Assembly (NCBI RefSeq): GCF_009914755.1
Contig: NC_060940.1
Reading direction: 5' to 3' (one strand)
Length of the DNA stretch: 64,000 nucleotides
DNA from: the human T2T-CHM13v2.0 reference genome, Homo sapiens
The position numbers were made by a program, and so were the translations under genes. Position 1 is the stretch's first letter. Each line of letters starts with the position of its first letter. Under the pieces are notes generated by a model that worked only from the letters and a program-made list of their open reading frames with translations, searched no databases and was not told the origin of the DNA. Below are positions 43,620-57,479 of this stretch, piece after piece.

Positions 43620-44260
43620 ACCCCAAATCATAAAGCTGCAGAGCAGCCGCTTATGAGAGGAAGCACAACCTTTGAGAGTGTGGCCTCCTAAAAGCTTTGA
43701 CAGTTCCATCTCTCCGAGCTCACTTTGGGAAAGTCTTCTAAATTACCAAGACAATACTGTATTAAGAGAGATTTTGTATTTGGTGTATTTAATGAGCAAG
43801 CAACTCCCAAAAGACCTTTCAATAAAGCCAGTAAATTTAACAGGAGAAATGCATCAATTGGCTCTGCTGTGCTGGTTAAGAGGCCGCCGCTTTCTGCATT
43901 TACAGACCCCAGCGTGTATTATGCTAAGAAAGCCCTGGAATCAGTCTCTGAGAAGAGGGCTGAAAGGTGGGTGCAATTAAGCAGCTAACGTTCAGCCCCC
44001 CGCTGCCCCAGCTGAAATGATTATTTTAATGTAAAAGCAATGAAGTTGATGAGAAGTTGCTCAACTTAGGGAGCCACCTGCTCACCATCAGAATGTCCCT
44101 GCTCTGAAGAGTCTCTGAGAGTCAGGCTGTTCATAAAGGCAGGCCAGAGACCAAATCAAAGACTAAATACATAAAGGCATGCCGCACCCCAGACAGAGTG
44201 CACAAGTGAAATTGATTTATGGAAAGCAATATTGTGGGTTTTGACAAGAAGGGAGAGAAG
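43620..44260. promoter_or_regulatory. Candidate conserved developmental enhancer
   Basis: Repeat-free and AT-rich with many TAAT/ATTA cores, ATCAATTGG, GCAATTAA, TGATTATT and a PBX-HOX site TGATTTATGG (44213-44222). Confidence 0.5.
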
Positions 44261-44489
44261 ATAAAATATTCATATCCATCATCTTTTTAATGTGACTGCA
44301 GGCCATCTTGGTGCCCTTGGGTGGAAGTTAAATATGGGGTAGAGACTTTGGAGGGTGACCAGGGCTCCGCATTGGGACAGAAAAATGGCCCTGTTGTTGC
44401 CCATGAGCATTGCAGAGCCTGTGCCAATCACTTCCCCCACCCAGCTCCCAAAACTCAGATGAAAACTCTGCTGGTGGTTTTATCGTCTT

Positions 44490-44690
44490 TTTTTTTAATT
44501 AATAAACTTTATCTGTCAGAGCAATTGTAGATTCACAGCAGAATTGAGCAGAAAGTACAACAAGAGTGTCCATATACCTTTTGCCCCATCTGCACACAGC
44601 CTCCCACTATTGACACCTGCACCACAGCTGCACATTTCTTACAATGGATGGACCTGCACTGACACATCATCACCCAAAGTCCATAGTCTG
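44490..44690 (-). mobile_element. L1M (MC-like) 3' end
   Basis: TTCACAGCAGAATTGAGCAGAAAGTACA...ACTGACACATCATCACCCAAAGTCCATAGT. Confidence 0.75.
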
Positions 44691-44914
44691 GTGGTGTTTT
44701 GTAAATGGAATTCAAACACTCATTCTTTCAACAGATGTTTACTGAGCACTTACTACAGGCCACACTCCAGTTAAGGGGCTGAAGAAACAGAAGTAACAGG
44801 CAGCTCCCACCCTAAAGTAGTAGACATCAAAAGAGGAAAATTTGGTGAGCTCAGGCCTCCAGTAAAAATCCACAGATAATCTGTTCATCATGAAACACCT
44901 GGATTACACAGGCT

Positions 44915-45432
44915 ATATCACTTAGCTTTTTCTGCAAAATGAAGTACCCCAAAATGCAATGGCCTGAAACAAGTATTTATTTAGCTCCTGATTCCAGAGG
45001 TTGGCTCGCTGGGCTGGACTCAACAAGGCAGGTCTTTTGGGCTTGGCTGGGCTGCCTCTGTGGTCAGCTACAGGCCACAGGTTGGTAGGGCGGCTCCACT
45101 TGTAGAGTCGGCTGGCTATCAACTGGGGCAAGGTAGGGCTGGAAAGGGGTCCCTGGCACACAGGTCTGCCATCACCCAGCAAACTAGCCCAGGCTTGACC
45201 ACAGGCTGTCTCGGGGTTCCAATAGCAAGGAGCGGGCAAGCCCCAAGCACAAGCCCTTTTCAAGTTCTTGGGTCAGGTTCACCCAGGCCCACTGGTGAAA
45301 GCAAGTCAAAGGGCCAGCTGGTTGAAGAGGTGGAGAAAGACTCTCCCTCCCAGTAGGAGCTCCAAGGTCTTTTTGGATGGGCACAAATACAGAATGGGGA
45401 AGAATCTGGGGCCACTTTTGCCCTCTGCCACA
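44915..45432. mobile_element. MLT1-family LTR
   Basis: AAGTACCCCAAAATGCAATGGCCTGAAACAAG...AAAGCAAGTCAAAGGGCCAGC...GGGGCCACTTTTGC. Confidence 0.7.
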
Positions 45433-45610
45433 TAGATGTGTCTGGTTGGAGAGAAAACACAGAAGCAGGAGAATCATTCAAATCCCTCTCCTGTTCAGCA
45501 TTTCTTCTCAGCTACCACCCTCCTTACCCATCTTTCTTTACCTTGCAAACTTCCCAAAAGAGCAGATGACTCTTGCAGTCTTTGCCCTGGCTACTTGCCT
45601 GTCTCTGCTG

Positions 45611-45818
45611 CAGTGGGGACACCACTCCACCCAGCCTGCTCTCGAGGAGTCCGGTGGAGATCCTGTGGGGACACCACCCCACCTAGCCTGCTTTTGGTGA
45701 ATCCGGTGGAGATCCATTAGGGACACCACCCCACCCAGCCTGCTCTCGGTGTGTCCAGTGGAGATCCAGTAGGGACACCACCCCACCCAGCCTGCTCTTG
45801 GAGAAGCCAGTGGAGATC
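45611..45818. repeat. Tandem repeat, 4 x 52 bp
   Basis: Units start at 45611, 45663, 45715 and 45767; consensus CAGTRGGGACACCACCCCACCCAGCCTGCTCTYGGWGAGTCCRGTGGAGATC. Confidence 0.95.
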
Positions 45819-45944
45819 TGCCAATTGTAACCCTGGATGAGGTTCTTCCATCTTTATCATCCCTTCTGTCTTGGCTACATTTTGCACTGCTTGTCTCCCC
45901 TGTCTTCAGCATTCTCTTTACCTGTGCTCAAGTGTATGCCTGTG

Positions 45945-46780
45945 CAGGACATATGTGCCCCCACTATGGGAAGGATTATAATTCCCTCTCTTGTGGACCC
46001 CAGGCTTGGCCTGGGACTGGCTTTGGTCAATAAAATATGAGCAGGAGTGACATCTGTCACTTTGGAGCAAAAGTCTCAAGAAGAAGTGCACGGTTGTGAT
46101 TGCCCCTTTACCTCTGCCATGAAACAAGCAGCATCATAGGGAGAAGCTATGTTACCCACACAATGACTGGGCTTTCTTGCTTAGTGGGTGACAGTCCAAT
46201 GACCACAACCAAGGAGAACTTAACAAGGGAATTTTATGACTTACAACAAGTAAGATGGACACAAGGGGTAGTTCCCAAAGCAGTGCCTCCCAGAACACAG
46301 GTAAAAACAGGGCTCTTGTTGGGCTGGAGAGCTGAGTCATCGTATGCAGAGGTGGAATAAAGTCAGCACAGGTGCAGTTGCAGATCATGCTTCTACATAA
46401 GTCACATGTATAGAAAATGGTGAGTAAGTTCCTTTCTGGGCAGGGTTTTTAGTATGGATATATGGATAATTCGTCAAAGATCACCTCCAACTCAAGCATT
46501 TCTGCATCCAATCAGTTTTTGTTTTACCAGGGCTGGGCTTCTTCCTAGAACTTTTCTGAAACAGCAAGAAGTCAAGGTGTGACAGTTGCAAGTGGGCCTT
46601 TTTTTCACAGTGTGTACCCAAAAAAACAAAACCCAGGGACCCTGGGTTACAGCTACACCATCAGCCTGGACCCTGGCAAAAGGCACAAGCTATCTTGACA
46701 TGGTTGTTACTCCATCTCTGTTTCTGAGATTTGGGGGCTGTTTGTCACTGCAGCACAACACAGCAGACCCTGACTGATAC
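45945..46780. mobile_element. MLT1-like LTR split by an ERV1-class LTR
   Basis: GCTTTGGTCAATAAAATATGAGCAGGAGTGACATCTGTCACTT before the insert; TTTGGGGGCTGTTTGTCACTGCAGCA..CCTGACTGATACA after it. Confidence 0.7.
46150..46651. mobile_element. Solo LTR, ERV1 class (subfamily not resolved)
   Basis: TG...CA ends (TGTTACCC ... GGGTTACA) with perfect 4-bp TSD GCTA (46146-46149 / 46652-46655). Confidence 0.8.
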
Positions 46781-46899
46781 AGTATTCTCATGGTTTCCAT
46801 TGCACCACTCTTCTTTGTTTCCGGGCTGCCACTCTTGCTGCTCCTCTCTTTCTGCCCATCCCGCAAATGTTGCTGCTTGTGTTCTGTATTTGGCCTGCT

Positions 46900-47900
46900 A
46901 TTTCTCACTCATTTACTCCCTGGTTTCACTATCTCTCAATGACTCCCAGGTCCAGATCTTCAGCCCAGATCTATCCTTCAAGCTTCTGCCTCATATGTTT
47001 AGTTGTTTCTGAGTGTATCGTCTGGATGTTTCATGGGTACCCCAAGACCTGCCCCACTGCTGCATTCCAGATCTCCATTGTTGGCCCCTTGTCCATTAGC
47101 TCACCAAATTGTCTTGTCCTTGACTGCTCACTCTTCCTCAGTAGCATCTCAGCAACAGAACATCACACTCAGTGAATGCAATATCCTACATCCATCCCCC
47201 AACTCCCCTCCTATTCATTCTGCCTCCACTTCCTCAGTTCCAGCTACCAACCACTATTTCCTGAACCATGGCTACAGCCTCTGATAACCTTTATTCTTTC
47301 CTCAAGCCTTGTTTCCCACTCCCTCCATCTGCCACCCAGCACAGACCATAGCTCATCTTGGCAGTGTGTGAGAACTATCAAAAATATACATCTGGCGAGG
47401 GTGACCTGTTTGCACCTGCCAAGGTTCCCCATCGCCCAAGACACAACCCAAACTCCTCACCAAGGCCTACAAGATCCCCACCAGTGGGATCCCTACCAAC
47501 CTCACTCACCCACCCCAGCCTACGCATCTGCACAAGCCAGGATCCTTGTCGCATTGTGCCTTCCTAATGCTAGCCTCTCTAGCTGGCCAGCATGCACTAT
47601 CCCCACCCCATACTCTGGATAAGGCCTACTTACTCTTTAACACAAGCCCAGATGTCATCTCTTCCAGGAAACCGTCCTTTACCACCACCACAAACACATA
47701 CACACACAGTGGATTAGCACCAACCCTCCAAGCCTGTCCCCACCACGCAAATCTCCAGCACTGTGTTCATCCCACTAAAATGTACTTCACTGTTTGATGT
47801 CCCTCTCTCGTCTCTGATGATGCACTTCCCTACCATGCTGGCATTTACAACATGTCTTCCCTGTGACAGCTAACATGTGGAACTGGTCAAATGTCTGTCT
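46900..47900 (+). mobile_element. L2 fragments
   Basis: ATGACTCCCAGGTCCAGATCTTCAGCCCAGA..., GATGTCATCTCTTCCAGGAAACC; pyrimidine-rich L2 3' body. Confidence 0.65.
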
Positions 47901-47937
47901 TAGTGAGGGTGAGGGCAAATAAAACAGTAACCATTCA

Positions 47938-48786
<849 letters not shown>

Positions 48787-51159
48787 CCCTTGTATACAAT
48801 GTCCAGTTTTCAGCCAGTCTATGAATCCCGGGTTCCAGCTCCATGCAGCACCCTTTCCATCCTCCAGGTCGGTGTTCCCACAGTGGTGTGCTACCCTCGA
48901 CATCCCGAATCCTGATGTCACCACTCTAAACAAAACATTTACCAGCACCCTCCCATGGCGGCACCGTGACTGCCCGCACAAGGGCCCCCACGTGTGAGTT
49001 CTCCCACCCACGGGGTTGCATGCTGGGTGCATGCCTGCTGCCCAGCTCTGATTCAGAACCACATGTATGAGATCTGCTGTGCCAGTGCTGTGTGCTTATC
49101 TCATTAATCCAGAAGCAATCCATCAGGTCAGCTGGAACAGATCCCTTTCACAGTTAGGAAACTGAAGCACAGGTAGGTGAGTAAGTTTCCCCAGGGCACA
49201 CAGCTTCTAAAGGGTTGAACTGGGTTCTGACCCAGGTAGGTGTGGTCGGCCTCCAGGGCTTGCTCTGAACCATGTCCCACCGAGCATGAAACATCTAAGA
49301 GCTTGAGTCCGGGATGGACTGATTGTTATTCAGATTTAACTTGCCCCATCATTTTGGTCTAATATCTGACCATATTATTTTTCTGAAAATTCAGCACCTG
49401 AGACACGGGTTGCAATGAAAGGAACTGGCTGCAAGTCTCAGCTCAACTACACTGTCCATGTGACTAACCCCTCTGACCCTCGGCTCCCCTTCTGCAAGAC
49501 GGGTGGTATTGCAGATGCTGGAGCAAGAATTCCCAGAGGTAGCAGGGGCACCCCATTGCCCACCCAGAGTTCTTCTGGGGGAACCTCCACTATTCATTTC
49601 CACTGGAGAAAAGCCAGGGACACAGTGCCCTGGCCACACTTGGGCTGTCTAGGGGACAACAAAACACAACCAGCCAAATGGCAACAGGAAAGCACCAGTT
49701 GTTCCATCTACCCAGCACTGCAAATGGACTTGGCCATTTCAGTGTCTTTCTCGGCTGAAGTGATTGATTGTTTCGGCATCATAGGGGCAACCTGGACTGG
49801 ATGCCAGAGTATCTCATCAGTTCCGTCAGACCAGGTGTCAGGCTGCCGGGAGCCAGCCACCAGCGCTCCAAGGATGCTTTCCCTCACAAATGGGTCACGG
49901 TGTGGAAGAACCGGTGGAGCTGAGTCGGTAACCAGGTGCTAACCAGCTGTTCAACTGGAATCAGCTATTTTTGTGTGTTTTCTGAATCCATTCATGCAAG
50001 ATATTTGATCAGCCCTACTCTGTGCCTTGCACTAAGGATTCACTAGCCAAAAAAACCGGGCTCTTTCCCCAAGAAGTTCATCATTCAGAGAGAAGTCAAG
50101 CAAATAAAAATGCAACCGATGCACGCACCACAACAGAAAAGATGCAGCCCCATCTCGCCCGGTGGCAGCATGGTTCTGACCAGCATGGCATGCACACTGT
50201 GCCCCACCAAGGACACAATCCTCATGGCTCTGCTTCTCTCCTTCCTGATGCTTCCTCCCCACTCTACCCAAAGCCCCCTCCTCCTTCCAAGCCCGCCTGC
50301 CCTAGGAGCCCGCCAAGGACTCTGTCACACCCATAAGTCCCCCTCCTCTGAATGTTTGGCTTACTGCTTGCTTGGTTTGCCCAGTCTCTTAGAAGGGAAC
50401 TATGCTGCCCCGTATCACAAACTATGCTATGTGCAAACAAACACACAAACAAAGCCTGTTTCAGGTAGCCCAGATCATGTGTCTTCATTTTATTACATGT
50501 AGGTAAGCAACAACAACAAAAAAGTCACCTGTTACTATGAACAATTTGATGTCTGATCTTCCAGTCCTTTGTTCTGTGAATACATTTGCTTGTCTGGATA
50601 TTTCACTGGTGTTGTGTTGTTTTGTAACTGCTTCTTGAATGCAGGAATTATGCTCTCCCGATCTCTGCACCCCCGAAGGACCTCACTTCCAGTGCAAGCT
50701 CACAGCCTTGTTGGGTGGCTATTTTCAATGACAAGAGCTCACAAGGCTGAGGACTTCTCATGCCCAGGCCCGCTGCCACTCAAGTCTTCAGGGCCCTTGA
50801 GAAGGAGCTGCTTCTGGGCATAGGGCACTGGCTACCCAGTGAGGGGCCTACCAGCAGGCTGCTGAGCTCTGGTTCCCCTAAAAAGGGCTCCTCTCAAGGA
50901 AATCTCACCAACCAGACTATCAGATCCACAGCTCAGACATATCCTCTATGCCTGACCCACTGCGGGAGGGTGAGCTAAATGATTGGTGGCCCCACCACCT
51001 TCTCTGGAGGAACTCATTTCTCATGGGTGATACAGACAAGGGAAGCTCAAAGAGGAACACCAAGAGGAAGAGAAGGGAGGGGTGGTGAATTTAACCTGTG
51101 GGAGCCTCCAGCAGGTGTAAAACTCAAGGTCTTACACTGTCCCTTTAGAATCAGATCCT

Positions 51160-51690
51160 GTTCATTCATTTATCTGCATCCTACAAGTGTTCTTGGAACA
51201 CCTACTATATTCTGGGTCTTTTTCTAGTCTCTGGGGATGCAGCAGCAGACAGCACAGATAGAGGCCCTGCCTTCATGGTGCTCATATTCTCATGGGAGTA
51301 CAAACAAGTGAATGGATAAGCAAGCTGAGCTCCAGAGGGTAGCATAGGCAATAAATGGAGAGACAGGATAGAGTGGCATATGGTGGGGAGAGGGAGGCTG
51401 CTCTACATTGAGTGGTCAGAGAAGGCCCTTCTTAGGAAGTAAAACGTGATCTCTTACAGAATAAGAGATCAGTCCTGCCAAGCAAAGACAGGGGCAGAGG
51501 CTGCAGTAAGCACAAAGGCCCTGGGGCAGGAAAAAGTTCTGCATCTTTGAGGAGCAGAAAGTAGGCTCCTTTCTAGAGTAAAGTGGGGTGGGGAGCATAA
51601 GATGAGGTCAGTAGGGGTAAGGACCCTACAGGCATGCTGGGGAGCTGGGATTTATTCTAGGAGACATAGAACAGGACTGGAAGGTGTTGT
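51160..51690 (-). mobile_element. L2
   Basis: TTCATTCATTTATC...ACACCTACTAT...GGCCCTGCCTTCATGG...GGTCAGAGAAGGCC. Confidence 0.7.
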
Positions 51691-51847
51691 TCACCAGGGG
51701 CTTCACAGAGCAGAACATCCTAGAGCTGGGCCAGGCTTGGGTGCAGCCCCAGGATAAGATCTAGAGACGATGAAAGTGGAAGGCAGATTGAATGGCTACA
51801 CATAGTTCACCAAATATCTTCATTTTCTCCCTTTAAAATAGCACCAT

Positions 51848-52160
<313 letters not shown>

Positions 52161-54294
52161 TTAATGGCCTGACAGCTAGAAATGTGGGGCACTGGCTTTC
52201 CAAGCTATAGATGCCCCAAACTCAGTGACCTCCCATGGGATGCTGACCCCGCCCCACCCCCCACCTTCATGCCACCCACCTCCACTCATCAGTGGCTGGA
52301 GGGACTGTAGTTCATTCTGCCAACAAGTCCTTACTGAAGGGCTTCCATGGGACCTATGATAACCAAGCCCCATCATGCTGAGGTCATGGCCATGGCCTCT
52401 GACCTCATGAGGCTATACTTTGACAGGAGAGCCAGATACTAAGCAAATGCTCCACATATGCATCATTTCAACCCAGAAGAGTGTGAAGAAGAAGATGAAG
52501 GTGTTAGGGGCACTTTATTATAGAGGGCTAGTGTAGACTAGGGCTTAGGGGAGGAAGTTTTTCATCTGAGATGTCAAAGCCCAGTGGGAATGAACAAGGT
52601 GAGGCCAGAGCAGGGCGGGGACAAGTACCAGAAGAGAACAGCATGTGCAAAGCCCTGAGGAGATCATTTGGTGAACAAGACAGACATATCCCCTGCCCTC
52701 CTGGAGCCGACAGCCTACCGAGAAGAGGAAATGAGTTCAAGTCCAGCCCAAAGGCAGATTCCAGCTCCCACCACCGGCACGGAGGCCCACAGTTGGCCTG
52801 GATATCAAGGCCCAGCCTCAGTACAATCCCGTCAAGACTCTTAGAAGCATGTTCTTTTAAAAAAAATTAAAAAGGCTTTGGGCAGAGCAGTTAGATGCCC
52901 ACAGCACAGTGGGGCGACCACCACCTGAGCCCAGGGTCTTCCTAGAGGTTTAGACACAGAAATTCTTTATCAAGCTCAAGCTTTTCCTTCCACTCAGAGG
53001 GCAGCCCTTTCTGGGCTTTGATTTCCCCATCCCTCAAATGGACAAGGCAGCCTGACCTACTCCACAGGTATTTCCTGGGGGCCAGATAAGATAATAGTCA
53101 TGAACACACTTTACAAATGCACCTTTTTGAAAAACAGCCCGGCAGCTGGAATGAGGAAGGCACAGTCCTTCAGTGACTGGGGCTCCCAAATCTTCCTGCA
53201 AATATCCACTGAGGAAAGAAATCCTCAAGGGAATCAAAAGTCACTATAATATCGACTGCTTAGGAGCATGGGCCTTAGAATCAGAGCAAGGTAACACTGG
53301 GCCAGCGCCTCTACCCTTCTGAAACTCCATTTCTGCAACTATAAAGTGGAGATGGTAAGAGTGCCCACTTCATGGAGCTTTGGTGAAGATTACATAAAAG
53401 GGTGCATGTGATGTATCTAGGACACTAAGGCCTCATTGATACCGGCAATTGGTATTATGATCCAGGTTCCCCCAGATCTGACATTTCTAAAGCTGGCAGA
53501 GCCATCAGTCCAGAACTACCACAGTGCTCCTTGTCCCCTGCCCCTCAGTGTCACAGTCAACATCAGGAGTCAGGACAGAGGTGGGCGAGGGTCAGAGGGG
53601 TGCCTGGGAAACCGTATTTCAAGAAAGCTGAAGAAAGGGGATGATTTCAAGTTTTCAGCTTCTAGAGAACCTGGCCTGCTCCCCATCTGGCCTAGCCTTA
53701 CTCTGGTACCCCAGGTTCTGGGCTTCCCATGGAACCAGCCTCAGGCTAAATCTACTGCAAAAATTCCAGAAGCCAGAAACAGAGAAGTGTTGGTGGTGGC
53801 AGGTGAGCCCACCAGCAACAGGGGACACCTACTGAAGAGGACAGTCCCAGCCACTAGGTACAAAACCGGACTGAAAGGGGTCCCAAAGCAAATGGAAAGA
53901 ATCCAGGACCCACGTGCTTATTGTTTGTTAAAATCAAAGATAACATTCCAAGCCTTGTTAAGGTGAGGGCACACACTCTCTAGACTCGAGCAAAAGAGTT
54001 TCAAATACAGATGGGACAGAAAAGAGCATGAAACCCAGGGGAATCAATGATCCTGGGTTTTGGGGGAGCAGACATGTGCCTTGGGACATGGTGAGTGTGT
54101 GCACCTGTTCGTGCACACGTAGGTACCCGTGCATGCCCGGGGGAAGGAGGGGTTGCTGGAGAGTGTGTGCTGGAAGTGGCTGCAAAAGAAATAACTTTTT
54201 CCCAACACAACCTTGGAAGACAGTGCGAGCTTTATTTCAGGCAAATGGCTGTAGTCAAAGGGGTCCAGTTGAGACTTTTCACCCTTGGCCTTCT

Positions 54295-54560
54295 CCCTTG
54301 CTCTGTCTCTGTGTCTAGTTTTCTTCGCTCCTGTCTCTCTTTCTGTGCCCCAAGGTCTTTTATTCTCAGTTTCTTTCTGCTTGTCTCTGCCTGTCTCAAT
54401 GTCTCCATCTTTCTCTGTCTCTGCTTCTCACTGTCTGTCCATCTGTGTGTGTCCCTGCCTCCTGTTTCTTTCTCTCTCTCCACACACACACTCCTTTGGG
54501 ATTCCATTCCTCCGTTTCTCGGTCTCTCTCTCCCTCCACGTGTCTCCTCTCATCTCTCCC
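54295..54560. repeat. CT-rich low-complexity tract
   Basis: Degenerate (CT/GT)n pyrimidine-rich run. Confidence 0.8.
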
Positions 54561-55169
54561 CCTAACAATCTTATATCTTCCTTCATCCCAGGAACTCCTT
54601 TTCTTTCAGCTCCATCAGCTGCTTCCTCTCCCTTTGTGCTAGGAGAGGTGCTGTCTTCCAAAGGAGCAGAATCCTGGGAGAAACAGGATTTCCAGGTCTG
54701 AATGCTTAATTTCATATTCCCGTCCAACAAGGGCAAAGATTCAAGCCACATTGTATCCTGGCTTATCACACATTCCCCACCAGCCCTGGTGAAATCACCC
54801 TCTTCTCCTCCCCAAACGGGTGCCTGGCTGTTCCTCCTGAGAAGGGGGTACATTGCAGGGCTCTTTTCAATGGTTTTGGTCCCCAGAAATTCCAGGCAGG
54901 ATCCTCTGCCACTCTCCAGAGAGTGGGCCTGGGACTCGGGCAAGGTTCAGCTGGCTCGGATTTCCCGAGGTTCACATCTAGGCTCTTTATTTTGTTCTAT
55001 TCCATCCCAAGAACAAGTGCTTGCTGGCTTCCAATTGTAACCAGTGATCACTGGTTACAACTTGTAAAAATGAAGACCTAAATAAAATGTGTACAAGTTC
55101 CTGGACAATTTAGTGAATGAATACACACACATAATTCTAAACAATGTGCAATATGAACTCATGTACTCT

Positions 55170-55290
55170 TTATAATGTATCCCCATTTTTCAGATGAGGA
55201 AATTGAGGCACAGAGAAGTTAGAAAACTTGCCAAGGTCACACAGCCGCACAGTGTATTTGAGCCCAGCCATCCACCCTGGGGCTCCGGCT
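55170..55290 (-). mobile_element. MIR
   Basis: ATCCCCATTTTTCAGATGAGGAAATTGAGGCACAGAGAAGTTAGAAAACTTGCCAAGGTCACACAGC. Confidence 0.85.
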
Positions 55291-55847
55291 CGGAAGTGCC
55301 GCCCTCTGCTGCCTTCCCGTGGCCTGCAATGCAGTCCTTCTGGTGAGCACAGTGCCCTCCTCACCTTGGTTCCTAGAACAACAAAGCCCTTCCCTCCCCA
55401 GAGCTTTGGGGCTGAGCTTCCTTCCCCCCACTTTTCTGCAGGTCTTGTTGCCTCTCATCCTTCAGGTCTCAGCCCAAATATCATGCTCAGGGACCCTCCC
55501 TGAGACCCCCCCAGGAAAAGAGCCCCTACCCCAAGTTCCCCAAGACATCACACTACTTATTTCCTTCAAAGTTTATCACCTTGGGATGTCCCCGCTAGTT
55601 TTTATCTGTTTTCTTGGTTACTGTCTTTTTCCTTTCCTGGAATGGAAGCTCACTATGGATAGAGACCGGATCTGTCTTGTTCCTAGCAATAACCACAACA
55701 GAACAGAATCCAAGCTGCAGAAAGGTCTAGTAAACTAGTAAATGCAAGTAAATGGAGCTGGCACAGCTCAGAGGAGTGAGGTGGCCAGGGATGTTTCAGG
55801 AGGAAAGGATGGTGAGCAGAGGCATAGAGGTACAAAAACATGATGTG

Positions 55848-56144
55848 GGACAGGCACAGTGGCTCACACCTATAATCCCAGCACTCTGGGAGGCCGAGGC
55901 TGGTGGATCACTTCAGGTCAGGAGTTTGAAACCAGCCTGGCCCACATGGTGAAACCCCGTCTCTACTAAAAATACAAAAATTAGCCAGGTGTGGTGACAG
56001 TTGCCTTTAACCCCAGCTACTGGGGGGCTGAGGCAGGAGAATCACTTGAGTCCAGGAGGGGAGGTTGCAATGAGCCGAGATCGCACCACTGCACTCCAGC
56101 CTGGGTGACAGAGAGAGACTCTGTCTCAAAAACAAACAAAAAAA
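55848..56144 (+). mobile_element. AluSx-like
   Basis: Full dimer with A-rich tail. Confidence 0.9.
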
Positions 56145-56599
56145 TGTCATATGTACCAAGGCGTGCAGTCCGTCTGTGCCACACACTTTCAGGGGTTGTG
56201 TTGGCAGGAAAGATCCATCAGCTCCGATCCTGTATTTGAGGATGCAGATGAGCTTGAATTGTGGGCCTTGAATGCCAGGCTTAGGAGTCTGGGGTTTACC
56301 AGCAGGCAATGAGGAGCCAGTGAGGGAACTAGAGAAGCGCCGTCTGCTCTGGTTTTGGGAGCTTGACCCAGCAGGGTGGTGGGGCAAGGAGAGGCTGCAG
56401 CAAGGAGATCCCGTAGGACCTAGAGGAGGACTCTTCCTGGCAGGAAAGATCCAGGATCTTGGGGGAGAGGCAGTGGTGGGGGAGCAGAACTGAGAGGGAA
56501 AGAGCCTCCCGTCGCCTGAAATTGCCCAGATGTATTTTCTAAAAATCAGAGCAGGTCGGGATCTTTGTTTTCTCTTTTCCCCCTGCCCACTTCAGGGCG

Positions 56600-57050
56600 A
56601 TGAGGAGTAGATTGTGTTTCCAAACACATCAGAAGAATCTGCAGTGGAAGTTGGAAGAATAACCCCAGGCTTCTTGGTCTAATTCTCAAGGTCAACTGAT
56701 ATCATTAGAATAACATGAACTCAATTTGAGTTACAGCAGGGAAATCATGTTAGGAAATATGGGTCACTCATCACTGAGTAATGAAGCTGTTACCTTGCGC
56801 GATCGGAAACGCGCTTGCACAGAAACCTGTCAACTGTCCTCGTCCCATTGTAGGGCTGGCTTTTAACAATGGAGTCGCCCACAAAAACCAAAGCCCACTC
56901 CGAGAGGGAGGATTGAGCAGGGACAGCTTTGGTACCTGCAGCCTCAGAGCCAGCCAGAAGGGCAGGATGTCCTGGAACAAAGGCCGGATTTGTTCCCATT
57001 GGTTTTCATTGAGAAGCTTTCTCTGTGATTCTTGAGATTCTCTTTAAAGG
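56600..57050. promoter_or_regulatory. Candidate enhancer (nuclear receptor/SOX/FOX/TALE motifs)
   Basis: TGTGTTTCCAAACACA palindrome 56613, TCAAGGTCA 56686, CpG cluster 56797-56814, CTGTCA 56827, CCATTGT 56845, AACAATGG 56865. Confidence 0.45.
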
Positions 57051-57479
57051 CCACAGTGGGAAATGGGGTCAAGGGAAATGCCCTAAGGTCGAAGAACAGG
57101 CAAAACCCTGTTGGTTGAAGAGAGAAACACCAATGCTTAGCACAGAAGAACTAGGCTCCAACAGTAGCCCATGCAGAGAGTAAGAGTCATGACATGGATG
57201 AGTAAATGAGGGTGGTGGGTTAGGCATACAATGGAGTGGTGAGACACCCCCCTCAACACACACACCTACTTTGCAAAAGGGATCGCTCCTGCACAGCTAG
57301 AAAGTGTGCCAGCACAGTCAGGTCTCCCAATATTTCCATGAAACCTAGGAATTCAGAACTTTATGTAAAAATCTCCTTATTTTAGAACAGTGGTAACTCA
57401 CTAAAAATAGTGGTACACAAAACATGAATCGGTGCTGCCAGTTTGTGGCTTATGGGGTTAAGAAATGCTGATGGTACTC

